DNA of 35,881 bases from a virus (IMGVR_UViG_2541047915_000013), one strand, 5' to 3'. Shown: positions 9,555 through 19,479, counted from the stretch's first letter. The notes: generated by a model not told the origin, from the sequence alone. Program-made: numbers and translations.

Positions 9555-11179
9555 TACGCAGCTCTCACGATATAGTTAAATGCAATATTTCGTGGACGGG
9601 TTTCGCTCCCACCTGTGTTACCAATACTCCCTCGTGTATGTAGCGTTGGTGATGGAATCAGAGTCCCTCCGGCATCGGCAGCATCAAGCCCCCGGCCTTG
9701 CGTATATGCTTTTCTGAAGATTGCCGCCAGTTCCCATTCCTCTTTTGAATCATACCCATCGTTGGCTACAACCATATGGCGGTGTTTTTCCAGCATTCCA
9801 GCCTGAAGGCTCAATAAAGCACGCCCAGCATCAATACCACGCCCATCATCCCAGCCACGAATAAACTCACCACGTAAATCGGGCAATTTATTTGTCGGAT
9901 AAACCTTTGCCAGTTTGGGATATTCTTCAGCCGAAAAAGCCGCTCCGTTGCATTTCAGCCAGCCTGTCGGTGGAGTGGCAGAAGGCCACGGAACAGGGAC
10001 ACCAACAGGTAATGCAGAGCCATCCCCTAAACCAAGATAATCAAGAACGCCCTGTGCGCTGGGCTTGCTAAGAATGGCACGCCCAACACTTGTCAGTGCA
10101 GTTAAGGCAGCCCGATCTTCCCCTGTAAAATAAGGGAGTTTATCTTTTGATGTAGAAAGCCCTGCCAACGCTGTTAAAGTAGCATCCTTTGGCTGCTTCC
10201 CCGCAAGGGAGTTAGTTATTGTCGTGGCAAAGTTCGGATCATTCCCCAGCGCCGCTGCCAGTTCGTTCAGCGTATCCAGTGCCGCAGGTGCAGAACCCAC
10301 CATGGCTGCAATTGCCGATTTCACAAAAGCGGTAGTGGCAATCTGTGTATTGTTGACCGACTGCGCCGCCGTGGGAGCTGTTGGCGTTCCGGTAAGTGCC
10401 GGACTCGACAGCGGCGCTTTCAGTGCCAGCGCATTGTTAATGGTGGTGCTGAATTTCGGGTCATTGTTTATGGCTGCGGCTATTTCTTTCAGCGTGTCCA
10501 GCGTGGCTGGAGCACCATTAATAACGGCCTTCAGTGCCGCCTGAACAAACGCGGTGGTCGCAAGTTGCGTGGTATTATTCCCCGCCGCTGGCGTTGGCGC
10601 TTTGGGGGTTCCGGTAAATGTTGGGCTGGCTTTTGGCGCATACTGTGAATGTGGATCTGGTGCGGCAAGGTGTTTTGCCATCAGATCATCCACGTACACC
10701 TTCAGCTCCAGTGCCTTGTCATCCACATACTTGCGGGTTGCCAGCACTATAGCAGGATCGATTTTCAAGGTGATATTGTCCGTGCTGCTGGTAATCAGCA
10801 CCATGCGCACGGTCTGGGTGCGCCCGCTGCCTTCAGCCAGTTGCGGCTTATAGCTTTCCGGGCAGTTGCCCACGGCAATCAATGCCCCTGACTCATCAAA
10901 CAGGCCCACTTCACGTATCCACCAACCGCCCTCGTTTTCAGGGATCACCTGTTCAGCAATAATCTGGCTGCTGTTCTGCGGGTCGATATAGAGCATATTC
11001 AGCGCAGCCCGGCGTTTCTCATTTACCAGTGCAGTCTGCTTTGAGTCTGGCGTTGGCAATACTCCGCCGCCATCGCCGACCGCCATATGGGTAATTTTTA
11101 GCGGCACACCGAGCGCGGCGGCGCTGGCAAGTTTCGCCGCGCCAATATCCGTCAGCAGGGTATAAAATTTTGTGCTCAT
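9554..11179 (-). CDS. H: Tail fibre protein H
   Basis: 541 aa; N-terminus MSTKFYTLLTDIGAAKLA is gpH-like; internal tandem repeat; variable C-terminus. Confidence 0.85.
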   Translation of the reverse strand: MSTKFYTLLTDIGAAKLASAAALGVPLKITHMAVGDGGGVLPTPDSKQTALVNEKRRAALNMLYIDPQNSSQIIAEQVIPENEGGWWIREVGLFDESGALIAVGNCPESYKPQLAEGSGRTQTVRMVLITSSTDNITLKIDPAIVLATRKYVDDKALELKVYVDDLMAKHLAAPDPHSQYAPKASPTFTGTPKAPTPAAGNNTTQLATTAFVQAALKAVINGAPATLDTLKEIAAAINNDPKFSTTINNALALKAPLSSPALTGTPTAPTAAQSVNNTQIATTAFVKSAIAAMVGSAPAALDTLNELAAALGNDPNFATTITNSLAGKQPKDATLTALAGLSTSKDKLPYFTGEDRAALTALTSVGRAILSKPSAQGVLDYLGLGDGSALPVGVPVPWPSATPPTGWLKCNGAAFSAEEYPKLAKVYPTNKLPDLRGEFIRGWDDGRGIDAGRALLSLQAGMLEKHRHMVVANDGYDSKEEWELAAIFRKAYTQGRGLDAADAGGTLIPSPTLHTRGSIGNTGGSETRPRNIAFNYIVRAA

Positions 11180-11781
11180 GGATTCACTCTCATTGTGTCA
11201 ATAACATGGACCGCCCCGCCTTCATGCGCGGTGCTGCCGGAAATAATTGTTTCGTTGATATACGGATAGATCGTGATTTCTTCGCCAAGATAGCTGGCGG
11301 CTCCCACCCAATGCGGGCCGCTGGTCTGCAGGTTGATGGACATGCCGATCATGTGACGGCTACATGGTTTGGCATCGCTTATCAGTCGCTCAAGTTCCAG
11401 ATAGGTATCTTCAGTGATGCCCTGGTCCTGCACGCCGATATCCAGACGAAACGTGCCCGGTGCCTCTCCGGTCTGCCACCACTCAATAATGCGGATCAGA
11501 AAGCCGAACGGCTCCACCACCCGCCGCACGGCACTGGTGGTTCCTTTATGCTGATGAATATAAAAAGCATCCTTCACCACCTGGCGCTTGACGCTTTCTG
11601 TCCAGCCCTCGTCCCAGCGATCCACAGAGAACGCCCAGGCGAGATAAGGCAGGAAACTGATCGGACAGGTTGCCGGATTCCACAAGTCACGCAGCGGCAC
11701 CTGCAGATCAGAAATCCCGCTACAGGTCTGCGCCAGTCGGCGCTCCAGTGGCGTTGAACCCGGTGGCAGCAGACTATTCAT
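11176..11781 (-). CDS. I: Baseplate protein I
   Basis: 201 aa, P2 gpI-like, overlaps H and J by a few nt. Confidence 0.85.
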   Translation of the reverse strand: MNSLLPPGSTPLERRLAQTCSGISDLQVPLRDLWNPATCPISFLPYLAWAFSVDRWDEGWTESVKRQVVKDAFYIHQHKGTTSAVRRVVEPFGFLIRIIEWWQTGEAPGTFRLDIGVQDQGITEDTYLELERLISDAKPCSRHMIGMSINLQTSGPHWVGAASYLGEEITIYPYINETIISGSTAHEGGAVHVIDTMRVNP

Positions 11782-12682
11782 CCGTTCCTCCGTTGGTCAC
11801 GCTCCACTGCGTACATGATGCCGCCTGCGTTTTGTTCAGAACCACATCCGCCAGCGGAGAAGCCAGTTCCACACGTTGAACACCCTCAACATGCAGCGCG
11901 GCAAAAATAGCACTACGGCGAATATCCCGACCGAGCCGCGTCTGACTGGCGATGTACCTCTGCAGGCTGACTTTTGCCGCTGCCATTACCGGCTCTGCTT
12001 CCGGTCCCGGATAAAGAAAAATGGTGGCTTCCACACGGTACGGGATGATTTCTGCGCTGCGAACCGTCAGACGGTCAGCCACCGGGCGGACATTCTCACT
12101 GTTCAGGGCTTTCTCCACCACATCCAGCAAATCTTTTTCTGCTGTTCCGTCGCCTTCACGGCTCAGGACAGTCAGTACCACCTCTGCAGGTGCCGGACTG
12201 GTTGCACTGGCATCCGCCACCCGACCGTCGGCGCTTCGGGCATGAAATTCATAAGCGGCAGTTGGCCCCGCAACAGAAAGCCCTTCAAAGGCTGCGGGCA
12301 CACGCAGGCGTAACGCTTCATCGCTTTCCATCACAGCCGCAACGGGTGGCACAGCGTCATTATCAGCAGGCGTCACCGTCAGGCGTTTCACGTTGTAGTT
12401 GGCAGCGAGCTGGTCAAGATCGCCGCCCATCGCGTAAGCCACCATCACCGCCTGCGCGGCTTCGTTAATGCGCTGGCGCAGAAGCAACTCACGGTAAGCG
12501 TTCTCCTGCAGCAATTTGGTGACGGGTTCAGATTCCAGTTCCAGCGTGCGGATCACTGCTTCCTGCTCATCTTTCGGATGAAGCGCCACAAATTCTGCCT
12601 TGCGTTCGGCAAGCAGCGTCTCAAAGTCCGGCACATCCACAATCTGCGGCGCAGGCAACTGCGAAAGGTCAATCACTGCCAT
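11774..12682 (-). CDS. J: Baseplate assembly protein J
   Basis: P2 gpJ-like; start placed at the ATG at 12682 (MAVIDLSQLPAP), giving 302 aa; the ORF is open to 12721. Confidence 0.85.
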   Translation of the reverse strand: MAVIDLSQLPAPQIVDVPDFETLLAERKAEFVALHPKDEQEAVIRTLELESEPVTKLLQENAYRELLLRQRINEAAQAVMVAYAMGGDLDQLAANYNVKRLTVTPADNDAVPPVAAVMESDEALRLRVPAAFEGLSVAGPTAAYEFHARSADGRVADASATSPAPAEVVLTVLSREGDGTAEKDLLDVVEKALNSENVRPVADRLTVRSAEIIPYRVEATIFLYPGPEAEPVMAAAKVSLQRYIASQTRLGRDIRRSAIFAALHVEGVQRVELASPLADVVLNKTQAASCTQWSVTNGGTDE

Positions 12683-13028
12683 TCTCTGCTCCTGTTGATA
12701 CGGAAAGGGACACAGGCACACCGTTATTCCGCCGCCCGGTCAGCTCCACCACCATAGAACCGTCAAAGTTGCTGTTGATGGTGATGGAATCCAGCGTCAG
12801 CCGTGGCTCCCAGCGACTCAGCGCCACATACACTGCCGACATGACCTGCAGGCGTAACGCCGGATTTTGTGGCTGGTCTATCAGTGCCGACAGCAGGGAA
12901 CCATATTCACGGCGAGCAATGCGGCTACCCTGCGGCGTCAGCAGAATGTCCCACACCGACTGGCGCAGATGGTCAATATCAGTAATGACTTTGCCACTGG
13001 TATTGTTCATCCCGCTATAAAGCGTCAT
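12669..13028 (-). CDS. W: Baseplate wedge protein W
   Basis: 119 aa, gpW-like. Confidence 0.85.
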   Translation of the reverse strand: MTLYSGMNNTSGKVITDIDHLRQSVWDILLTPQGSRIARREYGSLLSALIDQPQNPALRLQVMSAVYVALSRWEPRLTLDSITINSNFDGSMVVELTGRRNNGVPVSLSVSTGAENGSD

Positions 13029-13603
13029 ACCGGGCCTCCGGTTGTATCGCCGCCTTTCAGGACGCCAGTATGCTGATGCGCATCAACCACGATCCCGTTA
13101 GAACTCATCGCTCCGCCGCCCTGGGTAACGCCACCATTGATCACCACTTCGCTGTTAATGCGCGTGCGGTCAGCCTCCAGTACAAACTCACTGGTTTTCA
13201 TGGTGATGTTGTCAGCGGCCTCAATGACCATTGATTTGATGCCCCTGACATACCAGCGCCCGGTGGCGGGTTCGTATTCAAACCAGCCACCGTCAGGATG
13301 TTCTGTCACGCAGGCGTCCGCCGACGTCGACGGTGGTGCGAACTGATTCGAATAGACAGCGGGCAGCGCAAAGGCAGTCTCCAGATTGCCGCCCAGACTC
13401 AGCAGCACCACCTGCTCACCTTCTGATGGTTTCCACCATGTGCGGGCATTACCCGCGCGCAGCGTCAGCCAGTTAATCCAGTTAGTTTCAAGGTCGCCCG
13501 TTTTCACCCGGCAAAGCCAGTTTGTCCTGTCCACTTCGGTGACTACCCCAGTGCGGATCAGGTTGGTGATAAGGCGCATGATTTCGGTTAATTGTGCGTT
13601 CAT
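13025..13603 (-). CDS. V: Baseplate spike protein V
   Basis: 192 aa, gpV-like. Confidence 0.85.
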   Translation of the reverse strand: MNAQLTEIMRLITNLIRTGVVTEVDRTNWLCRVKTGDLETNWINWLTLRAGNARTWWKPSEGEQVVLLSLGGNLETAFALPAVYSNQFAPPSTSADACVTEHPDGGWFEYEPATGRWYVRGIKSMVIEAADNITMKTSEFVLEADRTRINSEVVINGGVTQGGGAMSSNGIVVDAHQHTGVLKGGDTTGGPV

Positions 13604-13639
13604 AGGGAAAGGTTGCCATCAGGGGAAGAAAGGCGGCAG

Positions 13640-13657
13640 TGCTGCAACTTGTATCAG
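13640..13657. promoter_or_regulatory. TGT-N12-ACA palindrome in the S-V intergenic region (candidate Ogr-dependent late promoter)
   Basis: TGTATCAGTGCTGATACA, a perfect 8-bp inverted repeat. Confidence 0.45.
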
Positions 13658-13671
13658 TGCTGATACAAAAA

Positions 13672-14118
13672 TCACCCCGCCAGCCATTGCAGAATCATGT
13701 CGCGGGTCATTGCCTCAACATCATCATTTACACCCAGAAGGCGACGCTCTGCGTAACGGACCTCCGGTCCTTTGCGGCTGACGCGATCACGTAAGCCGTA
13801 GTGATGAACACGGGCAATGCGCTGTACCTTGCCTTCAAACTGCACGCTGGCAGAGTCGGCGCTGGCGGCAGTTTTCAGGTATTTTGTGGTGCGCAGCTTT
13901 GTAAACATCTGACGTTTGATGCGCCCCTTCTTGCTGCGTGCTGTGACCCTGCGCGGTTCATAACTGCTGCCATCTGGATTGCGCTGCATCCTGATATTCT
14001 GCTGCTGTGTCCGGCGCAGTTCCTGCGCCAGCTGGCGCATCATTCGGCTTCTTGCGGCTGGTTCCAGATTCGCCAGCAAAGCACTCAGCCAGTCGTCCAC
14101 CTTCTGCAGTTCAGCCAC
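13672..14118 (-). CDS. S: Tail completion protein S
   Basis: 148 aa, gpS-like. Confidence 0.85.
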   Translation of the reverse strand: MAELQKVDDWLSALLANLEPAARSRMMRQLAQELRRTQQQNIRMQRNPDGSSYEPRRVTARSKKGRIKRQMFTKLRTTKYLKTAASADSASVQFEGKVQRIARVHHYGLRDRVSRKGPEVRYAERRLLGVNDDVEAMTRDMILQWLAG

Positions 14119-14563
14119 GTTTCACCGTCCACATTTCTTCAGGTTCATCGGGTTCCGCTACAGCTTCAACGCTCGACACACTGCCGTCAGTGCTGACCAC
14201 CACACGCTCTGTCAGCTGCAGGGTAAGGCTGATATCACAGACATCGTTGCGCAGAATATCCACCTCAAAGGTGAATAGCTTTTCCCGTAACGTCGGGTTA
14301 TTGATGGCATCAGGCTGGTTATCCCGCAGCCACAGCAAAACCGGGGCCATCAGCAGATTCTGGTCGCCGCTGAAATCTTCAATCACCACGTTCAGGGTGT
14401 AGCGGTACTCCCATGACATGGAGCTGGCCCCGGTGGCAACCAGCGAACCGTTATCCACAAACAGATGCAGTTTGTCCGGGTTATTACGGACATAAGGCAC
14501 TGCTTTATTGAGGGCGTGGCGCAGGGATTGTGGTTTGTTCACTGTTTCGCTCCTGACACGCAA
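14111..14563 (-). CDS. R: Tail completion protein R
   Basis: 150 aa, gpR-like. Confidence 0.85.
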   Translation of the reverse strand: MRVRSETVNKPQSLRHALNKAVPYVRNNPDKLHLFVDNGSLVATGASSMSWEYRYTLNVVIEDFSGDQNLLMAPVLLWLRDNQPDAINNPTLREKLFTFEVDILRNDVCDISLTLQLTERVVVSTDGSVSSVEAVAEPDEPEEMWTVKRG

Positions 14564-14795
14564 TAATCATGTCCACTTTGTCTGCACAGACCGCCCAGGC
14601 GGCCTCCGTTTCATCCAGCAATGCGTTCAGATCACCGTTATTGTGTGGCGCTGCCTGATCCAGCTGACACGGCGTCACTCGCGGACAACCACTGACGGTA
14701 AGCTGCACCTCCGGTGAGTGCCGGACGTTCCCGCAGCCGGATAATGTCAGCAGGCAAAGGAGTATCAGCCCAGCGGCGTAAATCCTCGTTCTCAC
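14505..14795 (-). CDS. lysC: Outer-membrane spanin lipoprotein (Rz1-like LysC), nested in the lysB 3' region
   Basis: Signal peptide with lipobox LTLSGC; out-of-frame overlap with lysB. Confidence 0.75.
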   Translation of the reverse strand: MRTRIYAAGLILLCLLTLSGCGNVRHSPEVQLTVSGCPRVTPCQLDQAAPHNNGDLNALLDETEAAWAVCADKVDMIIACQERNSEQTTIPAPRPQ

Positions 14796-15066
14796 GTTTC
14801 AGTTCCTCAATCCGATGTTGTCGTTGTCTCAGCAGCGCGCTGGTCTGTTCTGCTTCGGCATAGAGCCGCGCCTGCTCCCGGTTATTGGTTTCAGTCAGAA
14901 TGGACAGGCTGGTAAGCTGGCTGTTGCTCTTTGCCAGTGCCTGACTTTTGCTCCGCAGCTCGTCTGCCTGCGTGCTGATGGTCTGGCTGGCATCAGCCAG
15001 CCGCCACGTCTGCCAGCCCAGCGACGCCAGTAATAACGCCAGCACAACCAGCAGCAACCGGTTCAT
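14638..15066 (-). CDS. lysB: Inner-membrane spanin (Rz-like LysB)
   Basis: N-terminal transmembrane segment followed by coiled coil; position after lysA. Confidence 0.8.
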   Translation of the reverse strand: MNRLLLVVLALLLASLGWQTWRLADASQTISTQADELRSKSQALAKSNSQLTSLSILTETNNREQARLYAEAEQTSALLRQRQHRIEELKRENEDLRRWADTPLPADIIRLRERPALTGGAAYRQWLSASDAVSAGSGSATQ

Positions 15067-15440
15067 GCTGCTACCTGTTGCGCCATCTGATTACGGGTGA
15101 TCCAGAAGGCAATAACGGTCAGCAGATAAAAGACCAGGGTCATAGCCCACCCCGTCCAGGCGAGACTTACGATAATCAGCAATCGCATCACCCAACTGAT
15201 AAATACGTTTTCTTTTCGGGTAATTGTCTTCAGCAAAGATGCCCTTAACTCCTGCCAGAGCGGGCCATTCTTAATTAACGCAGCCAGTGCTACCGGAATT
15301 ACCGCCCATGTCAGCAAACAGGCTACCCAAACGCCGGACGCTGCCAGTACCGGAAAAATCCCCTGCGGATACACCATTGCTGCGATTAACAGCGCCATCC
15401 ATAACATCAGAAACAGTCCGCTGATTAATTTCTTTTTCAT
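15063..15440 (-). CDS. lysA: Lysis regulatory membrane protein LysA
   Basis: Multi-transmembrane protein; start set at the ATG at 15440 (MKKKLISGL), which abuts the K stop; the ORF is open to 15512. Confidence 0.7.
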   Translation of the reverse strand: MKKKLISGLFLMLWMALLIAAMVYPQGIFPVLAASGVWVACLLTWAVIPVALAALIKNGPLWQELRASLLKTITRKENVFISWVMRLLIIVSLAWTGWAMTLVFYLLTVIAFWITRNQMAQQVAA

Positions 15441-15441
15441 T

Positions 15442-15954
15442 TCAGTTTGCTCCCTGTAAACACCAGGCCATCTCCCGCGCACGGCGGTTATCCAGCCCCT
15501 GATTAAACACACCTTTTACATAAACCCAGCGCGGCAACTGTCGGCACGCATCCGCCCAGCGCCGCTGATTGAGCAATTTCACCAGCGTAGAACTGCAGGC
15601 ATTGCCTGTCCCCACGTTGAAGGCAAATGACACCACCGCGTCATACACTTTCTGCGGTGGCTGTTGCTTCACACACCTTTCCAGTGCCCGCTCCACACGC
15701 AGCACGTTGGAGATCAGCCCTTCCGCGGCCTGTCGTTCCGTAATGGTTTTGCCTGGAATGACGCCAGATGTATTACCAATGCCGTCGGTCCAGACACCCG
15801 CGCTGCACTGATACGGCTGCAGACGACAGCCTTCGTAATCGGCAATCAGTTTCAGCCCCTCCACGGAGGTGTGAAGCTGCTGAAAACCCGGTAGCGCGGC
15901 AGCAATAGCCAGCACGGCCCCGACAAGGCAGCGTTTAACGATTGATGGATTCAT
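15442..15954 (-). CDS. K: Endolysin (lysozyme, gpK-like) with signal-anchor-like N-terminus
   Basis: 170 aa; hydrophobic N-terminus then lysozyme-like core. Confidence 0.85.
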   Translation of the reverse strand: MNPSIVKRCLVGAVLAIAAALPGFQQLHTSVEGLKLIADYEGCRLQPYQCSAGVWTDGIGNTSGVIPGKTITERQAAEGLISNVLRVERALERCVKQQPPQKVYDAVVSFAFNVGTGNACSSTLVKLLNQRRWADACRQLPRWVYVKGVFNQGLDNRRAREMAWCLQGAN

Positions 15955-16150
15955 AGTCCTCCCGCGAGATCTGCCCGTCGCGCAGAAGCTGGTAGGCTTT
16001 GTGTTTGTAGTACCAGTTGATAGCCAGCATCAGCACACCAATCATCAGGCCGCCCAGCGTTGAGGCATCCTTGATGGACAAATCGCCCAGCCAGGCCAGC
16101 ACGACGGCGATGCAATACGTGATAAAGGCGCTGATTCGCTCAAGCGTCAT
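15935..16150 (-). CDS. Y: Holin
   Basis: 71 aa with two predicted transmembrane helices and a charged C-terminus, immediately upstream of the endolysin. Confidence 0.75.
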   Translation of the reverse strand: MTLERISAFITYCIAVVLAWLGDLSIKDASTLGGLMIGVLMLAINWYYKHKAYQLLRDGQISREDYESINR

Positions 16151-16153
16151 AAT

Positions 16154-16357
16154 TCAGTCCCATAGCTGGACGGTCTGCACGGTGGTGGTTGTCGGTATGT
16201 CCGGCAGCTCCACCTGCAGCCCGTGAGGTAAAAAGGGGCCGTATTCGGCAAGCCCCGGATTTGCCTTCAGTACCTGCTCCGTGACACCCTGCGTGCGCCC
16301 GTAATGACGCCAGCAAAGTGCGTCCACCGTGTCATACTGATGCGCACGCACTTTCAT
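16154..16357 (-). CDS. X: Tail protein X
   Basis: 67 aa; MKVRAHQYDTVDALCWRHYGRT...ANPGLA is gpX-like. Confidence 0.85.
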   Translation of the reverse strand: MKVRAHQYDTVDALCWRHYGRTQGVTEQVLKANPGLAEYGPFLPHGLQVELPDIPTTTTVQTVQLWD

Positions 16358-16821
16358 CAGATAAGCTCCACTGTGCAGTGCGGCGCATCCTGCACCCGGC
16401 TGATGGCCCAGCGGGCGTCACGCCATAAATCACCGCTTGCTTCCGCCAGTTCCTCGCCTCGCTTCGCACCGGATGCCGTGGCGTCATAGTCCTGGTAACG
16501 TTCGTTGAGCATGGCGCGTGCCCAGCAGTAAACCGCGTTGAAATAGTGCTGAATGCGCTCGCTTTTGCCGTCCAGTTGTTCCGCCGGAACCTCTGCCAGC
16601 GAGGCATATCCCAGCATCTGCTGACGTCTGCGAAACTCATACAGCTCTGCGTTGACCTCCGAAATTGCCGACAGCGCAACCTGCTTTAAACGCGGCTGCG
16701 TCACCGTGCCGTCAGTGCGCATGACACAGCGAAACTCCGACAGGTCCACATCAGGCCAGAACGGCGTATTTCTGATGATTTCCGCCTGTTCCGGTGCCTG
16801 TTCTGGCGCAACAAACTTCAT
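16357..16821 (-). CDS. L: Capsid completion protein L
   Basis: gpL-like; start set at the ATG at 16821, which has an AGGAGA ribosome-binding site; the ORF is open to 16884. Confidence 0.75.
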   Translation of the reverse strand: MKFVAPEQAPEQAEIIRNTPFWPDVDLSEFRCVMRTDGTVTQPRLKQVALSAISEVNAELYEFRRRQQMLGYASLAEVPAEQLDGKSERIQHYFNAVYCWARAMLNERYQDYDATASGAKRGEELAEASGDLWRDARWAISRVQDAPHCTVELI

Positions 16822-16916
16822 GCTGCTTTCTCCTGAAATAAAGGGCGGTGGACGGGGTTTTGATGTGGCAGTGCCTTTCGCCACCCCGTGCCGCCCGTGC
16901 GCGGGGGCACGTTCTG

Positions 16917-17567
16917 TCAGCGGCTGTCATTGCGCAGTCTGCGCTCCAGCTGCTGTTTGTCTTTTTTCACGCCACAGCGGGGATCGAGCTGTAACGCATG
17001 GTTGAGATGATTAAGGGCGGAAGCCGGATTACTTTCACTCAGGACAGCGCCAATCGCTTTATGCAGACGCGCCCGTGACTGGTCCGGCATATCCAGACCG
17101 TCTGTCAGCTCCAGCGTCTGCAGCAACAGATCGGCATCAAAGCCGGTAGTGGCAAGCATTGCGCTCTGTGCCGCGTCTGCCATTTCCTCTGCCAGCACGG
17201 TCTGCACGTTGCGGTTACCCAGCGGCATCACCCAGCCATGACGCAGGGCATGACGCCCGATCTCCAGCGCCCCGGCATAATCTCCGGCATCAATACGCCA
17301 CAGCATCACGTACATCAGCACGTCATCCTGTTGAGCGCCTCCGGCAGCCAGAACACCCTCCGCCCAGGCGGCGTACTTCGGCAGCAGCTCCACTTTGATT
17401 TCCGCTTTTTTGACCGTGGACTGAACACCCTTGAGACGGCGTCGGTCTTCCGCCAGTTGCAGCAGCATCAGGTCATAGCCCGACGCGTGGCGAACGCTGC
17501 CGCCCTCGCGGGCGGCCTGTTCAGCCTGAACGCGCAGGCGATGCTGCCGTGCGGGACTCAGGCTCAT
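16917..17567 (-). CDS. M: Terminase endonuclease (small) subunit M
   Basis: 216 aa, gpM-like. Confidence 0.85.
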   Translation of the reverse strand: MSLSPARQHRLRVQAEQAAREGGSVRHASGYDLMLLQLAEDRRRLKGVQSTVKKAEIKVELLPKYAAWAEGVLAAGGAQQDDVLMYVMLWRIDAGDYAGALEIGRHALRHGWVMPLGNRNVQTVLAEEMADAAQSAMLATTGFDADLLLQTLELTDGLDMPDQSRARLHKAIGAVLSESNPASALNHLNHALQLDPRCGVKKDKQQLERRLRNDSR

Positions 17568-17570
17568 GGA

Positions 17571-18629
17571 TTACGCTCCGGTTTCTGCTGCGGCGGCGCT
17601 GAAGTCGCCAATCTGGATGTTTTCCACCAGTGCGGCGCAGCGGTAGTCCTCAACCACATAGGCTTCGTTAACGGATTCAAAGTTTTCAATCCGGTCACGT
17701 TTCGGGTTGTCGATAACTGAACGGCGGCGGGTATCCTCCTGCCAGTAGATGGACAGGTTATCCAGACGGGTGATCAGCAGCGCATTCGGCGGGAAGAACG
17801 GCGCACGCACGGCCTGCAGGCCACCCATGCGTTTCTGGCTGATGATCATATCTGCAGCCAGTTTTTCACTGTTCTCCTGCTCTTTGTTGACCAGCGGGAA
17901 ATACTTGTCAGACAACAGTTCACGACCGCAAATCACCACCAGATCGTCATCGTCCTGGTAGACCACGTCGATAAGCTCATTGACGGCATCCATCACCACG
18001 GCGTCCAGGTTGGCATATTCGCCACCTTTTCCGACTTTCACCGCACCCGGTGTGGTTTCACCGCCCGTGGTGGTGCTGCCCATGACGTGATCCGGTGCAT
18101 CCTCACGGATTTTCTGCAGCCAGCCTTTATTCACATCCTGCAGCAGCGGGTTTTCGCTACGGTTTGAGGTTTTCGCACGCTTCACGCCGTTAAAGCCGAT
18201 CATGATGCGGTCCAGTGCCTGACGTTTCACGATCGCGTCACGAATACGCACCTGGAAATCCTGAAACTTCGCCCACAGGTCCAGCTTCGCGTAGGTCAGC
18301 ACCGTGTCAAAGTTGGTCTGCTCGCATTTGTATTCCACATCGACCATCAGCGTCGGATCGACAGGCTCACGCTCTTTTGCGGTGGTATCAGTGGTTCCGG
18401 CAATGGTGCTGCCAACACCCAGCCCCAGCAGCTGACCAGACTGCTCGGTCACTGGCGTGACGTTAATCAGCGTCAGGAAAGCGGCGGATTGCTGGATCTG
18501 GTCTTCCAGCGTCTGCTGCACAGACGGCTCCACGGTGAACTTGCTGGACAGTTCTTCAACTGCCACACCGTTCAGACGCGCCAGCTGCTGCAGGTAAGCG
18601 TTAAAAGCAAAGCGGGTATTCTTCTTCAT
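17571..18629 (-). CDS. N: Major capsid protein N
   Basis: 352 aa, gpN-like. Confidence 0.9.
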   Translation of the reverse strand: MKKNTRFAFNAYLQQLARLNGVAVEELSSKFTVEPSVQQTLEDQIQQSAAFLTLINVTPVTEQSGQLLGLGVGSTIAGTTDTTAKEREPVDPTLMVDVEYKCEQTNFDTVLTYAKLDLWAKFQDFQVRIRDAIVKRQALDRIMIGFNGVKRAKTSNRSENPLLQDVNKGWLQKIREDAPDHVMGSTTTGGETTPGAVKVGKGGEYANLDAVVMDAVNELIDVVYQDDDDLVVICGRELLSDKYFPLVNKEQENSEKLAADMIISQKRMGGLQAVRAPFFPPNALLITRLDNLSIYWQEDTRRRSVIDNPKRDRIENFESVNEAYVVEDYRCAALVENIQIGDFSAAAAETGA

Positions 18630-18645
18630 CGGGTTTTGTGCTCCA

Positions 18646-19479
18646 TCAGCAATTGGTCAGAGTGTCAGCGGGGGCGTTACCGCCTGTTGCACGCTGGCGG
18701 TAGTCCTTGCGGCTGTCTTCATGACTCAGCTTGTCCACCAGTTCGTTAAAGGCGGTTTGCTGTGCCTGCAGGGCAGTCTCCAGCTCAGACAGGCGTTCTT
18801 CCTGCTCAGACAGGGATTTTTCGGTGCGTGCGCTCAGGTTCTGCTGCTCAGTGGCGACCAGCTCCACGGCCTTATGCACATCAGAGAACCGGGCGTCATC
18901 GGACTGATCTTTTTTGGTAAACAGCGCCGTGACACGGGCAAACAGGGACGGTTTGTCGTCCTGGATTTCTTCCAGTTCGATCACCGTTTCCTCTGCAGCG
19001 GTAAAGAGATTGGCAGGATTCTGCTTGCGGTTTGCCAGTGGGTTATGGGCTGCACTGGCGCTGAATGTCAGCATTTCAGTGCCCAGACTGGCAGGGTCAT
19101 CAGTGGCAGCCAGGCCGACCAGGTAGGCTTTGCCCGTATCAGCGAACTTCGGGCTGACTTCCATAGAGGTGAATAATTTCTGGCCTTTTTTCACCAGCTC
19201 CACCAGGGACTCCGTTGGCTCAACGTCGGCATACAGCGCCATCTTGCCTGCCAGCGGACCTTCCGTGATTTCTTCAGCAAACAGCGCCGTCACCTTGCCG
19301 TAGCGGTTAAAGGTGCTGTCCGGCAGATAAGACTTGATGTGCTCAAGGTTAATCAGCGCGGTATACACCGCCGGGTTGTAGCTGGCTGCCATCTGTTCCA
19401 GCCATTCACGCTGGATTTCGCGTCCGTCGGTGGTGGCACCTTCCACCCCGATGCGAAAACGCTTTGCTTTCACTGTCAT
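18646..19479 (-). CDS. O: Capsid scaffolding protein O
   Basis: 277 aa, gpO-like with acidic coiled-coil C-terminal part. Confidence 0.9.
   Translation of the reverse strand: MTVKAKRFRIGVEGATTDGREIQREWLEQMAASYNPAVYTALINLEHIKSYLPDSTFNRYGKVTALFAEEITEGPLAGKMALYADVEPTESLVELVKKGQKLFTSMEVSPKFADTGKAYLVGLAATDDPASLGTEMLTFSASAAHNPLANRKQNPANLFTAAEETVIELEEIQDDKPSLFARVTALFTKKDQSDDARFSDVHKAVELVATEQQNLSARTEKSLSEQEERLSELETALQAQQTAFNELVDKLSHEDSRKDYRQRATGGNAPADTLTNC

Noticed and set aside
16332-17398. Overlapping ORFs on both strands in the L-M region (16332-16679, 16652-17005, 17159-17398)
   Set aside because: Alternative-frame ORFs inside or across gpL and gpM with Arg/Ala/Pro-rich translations; no independent support
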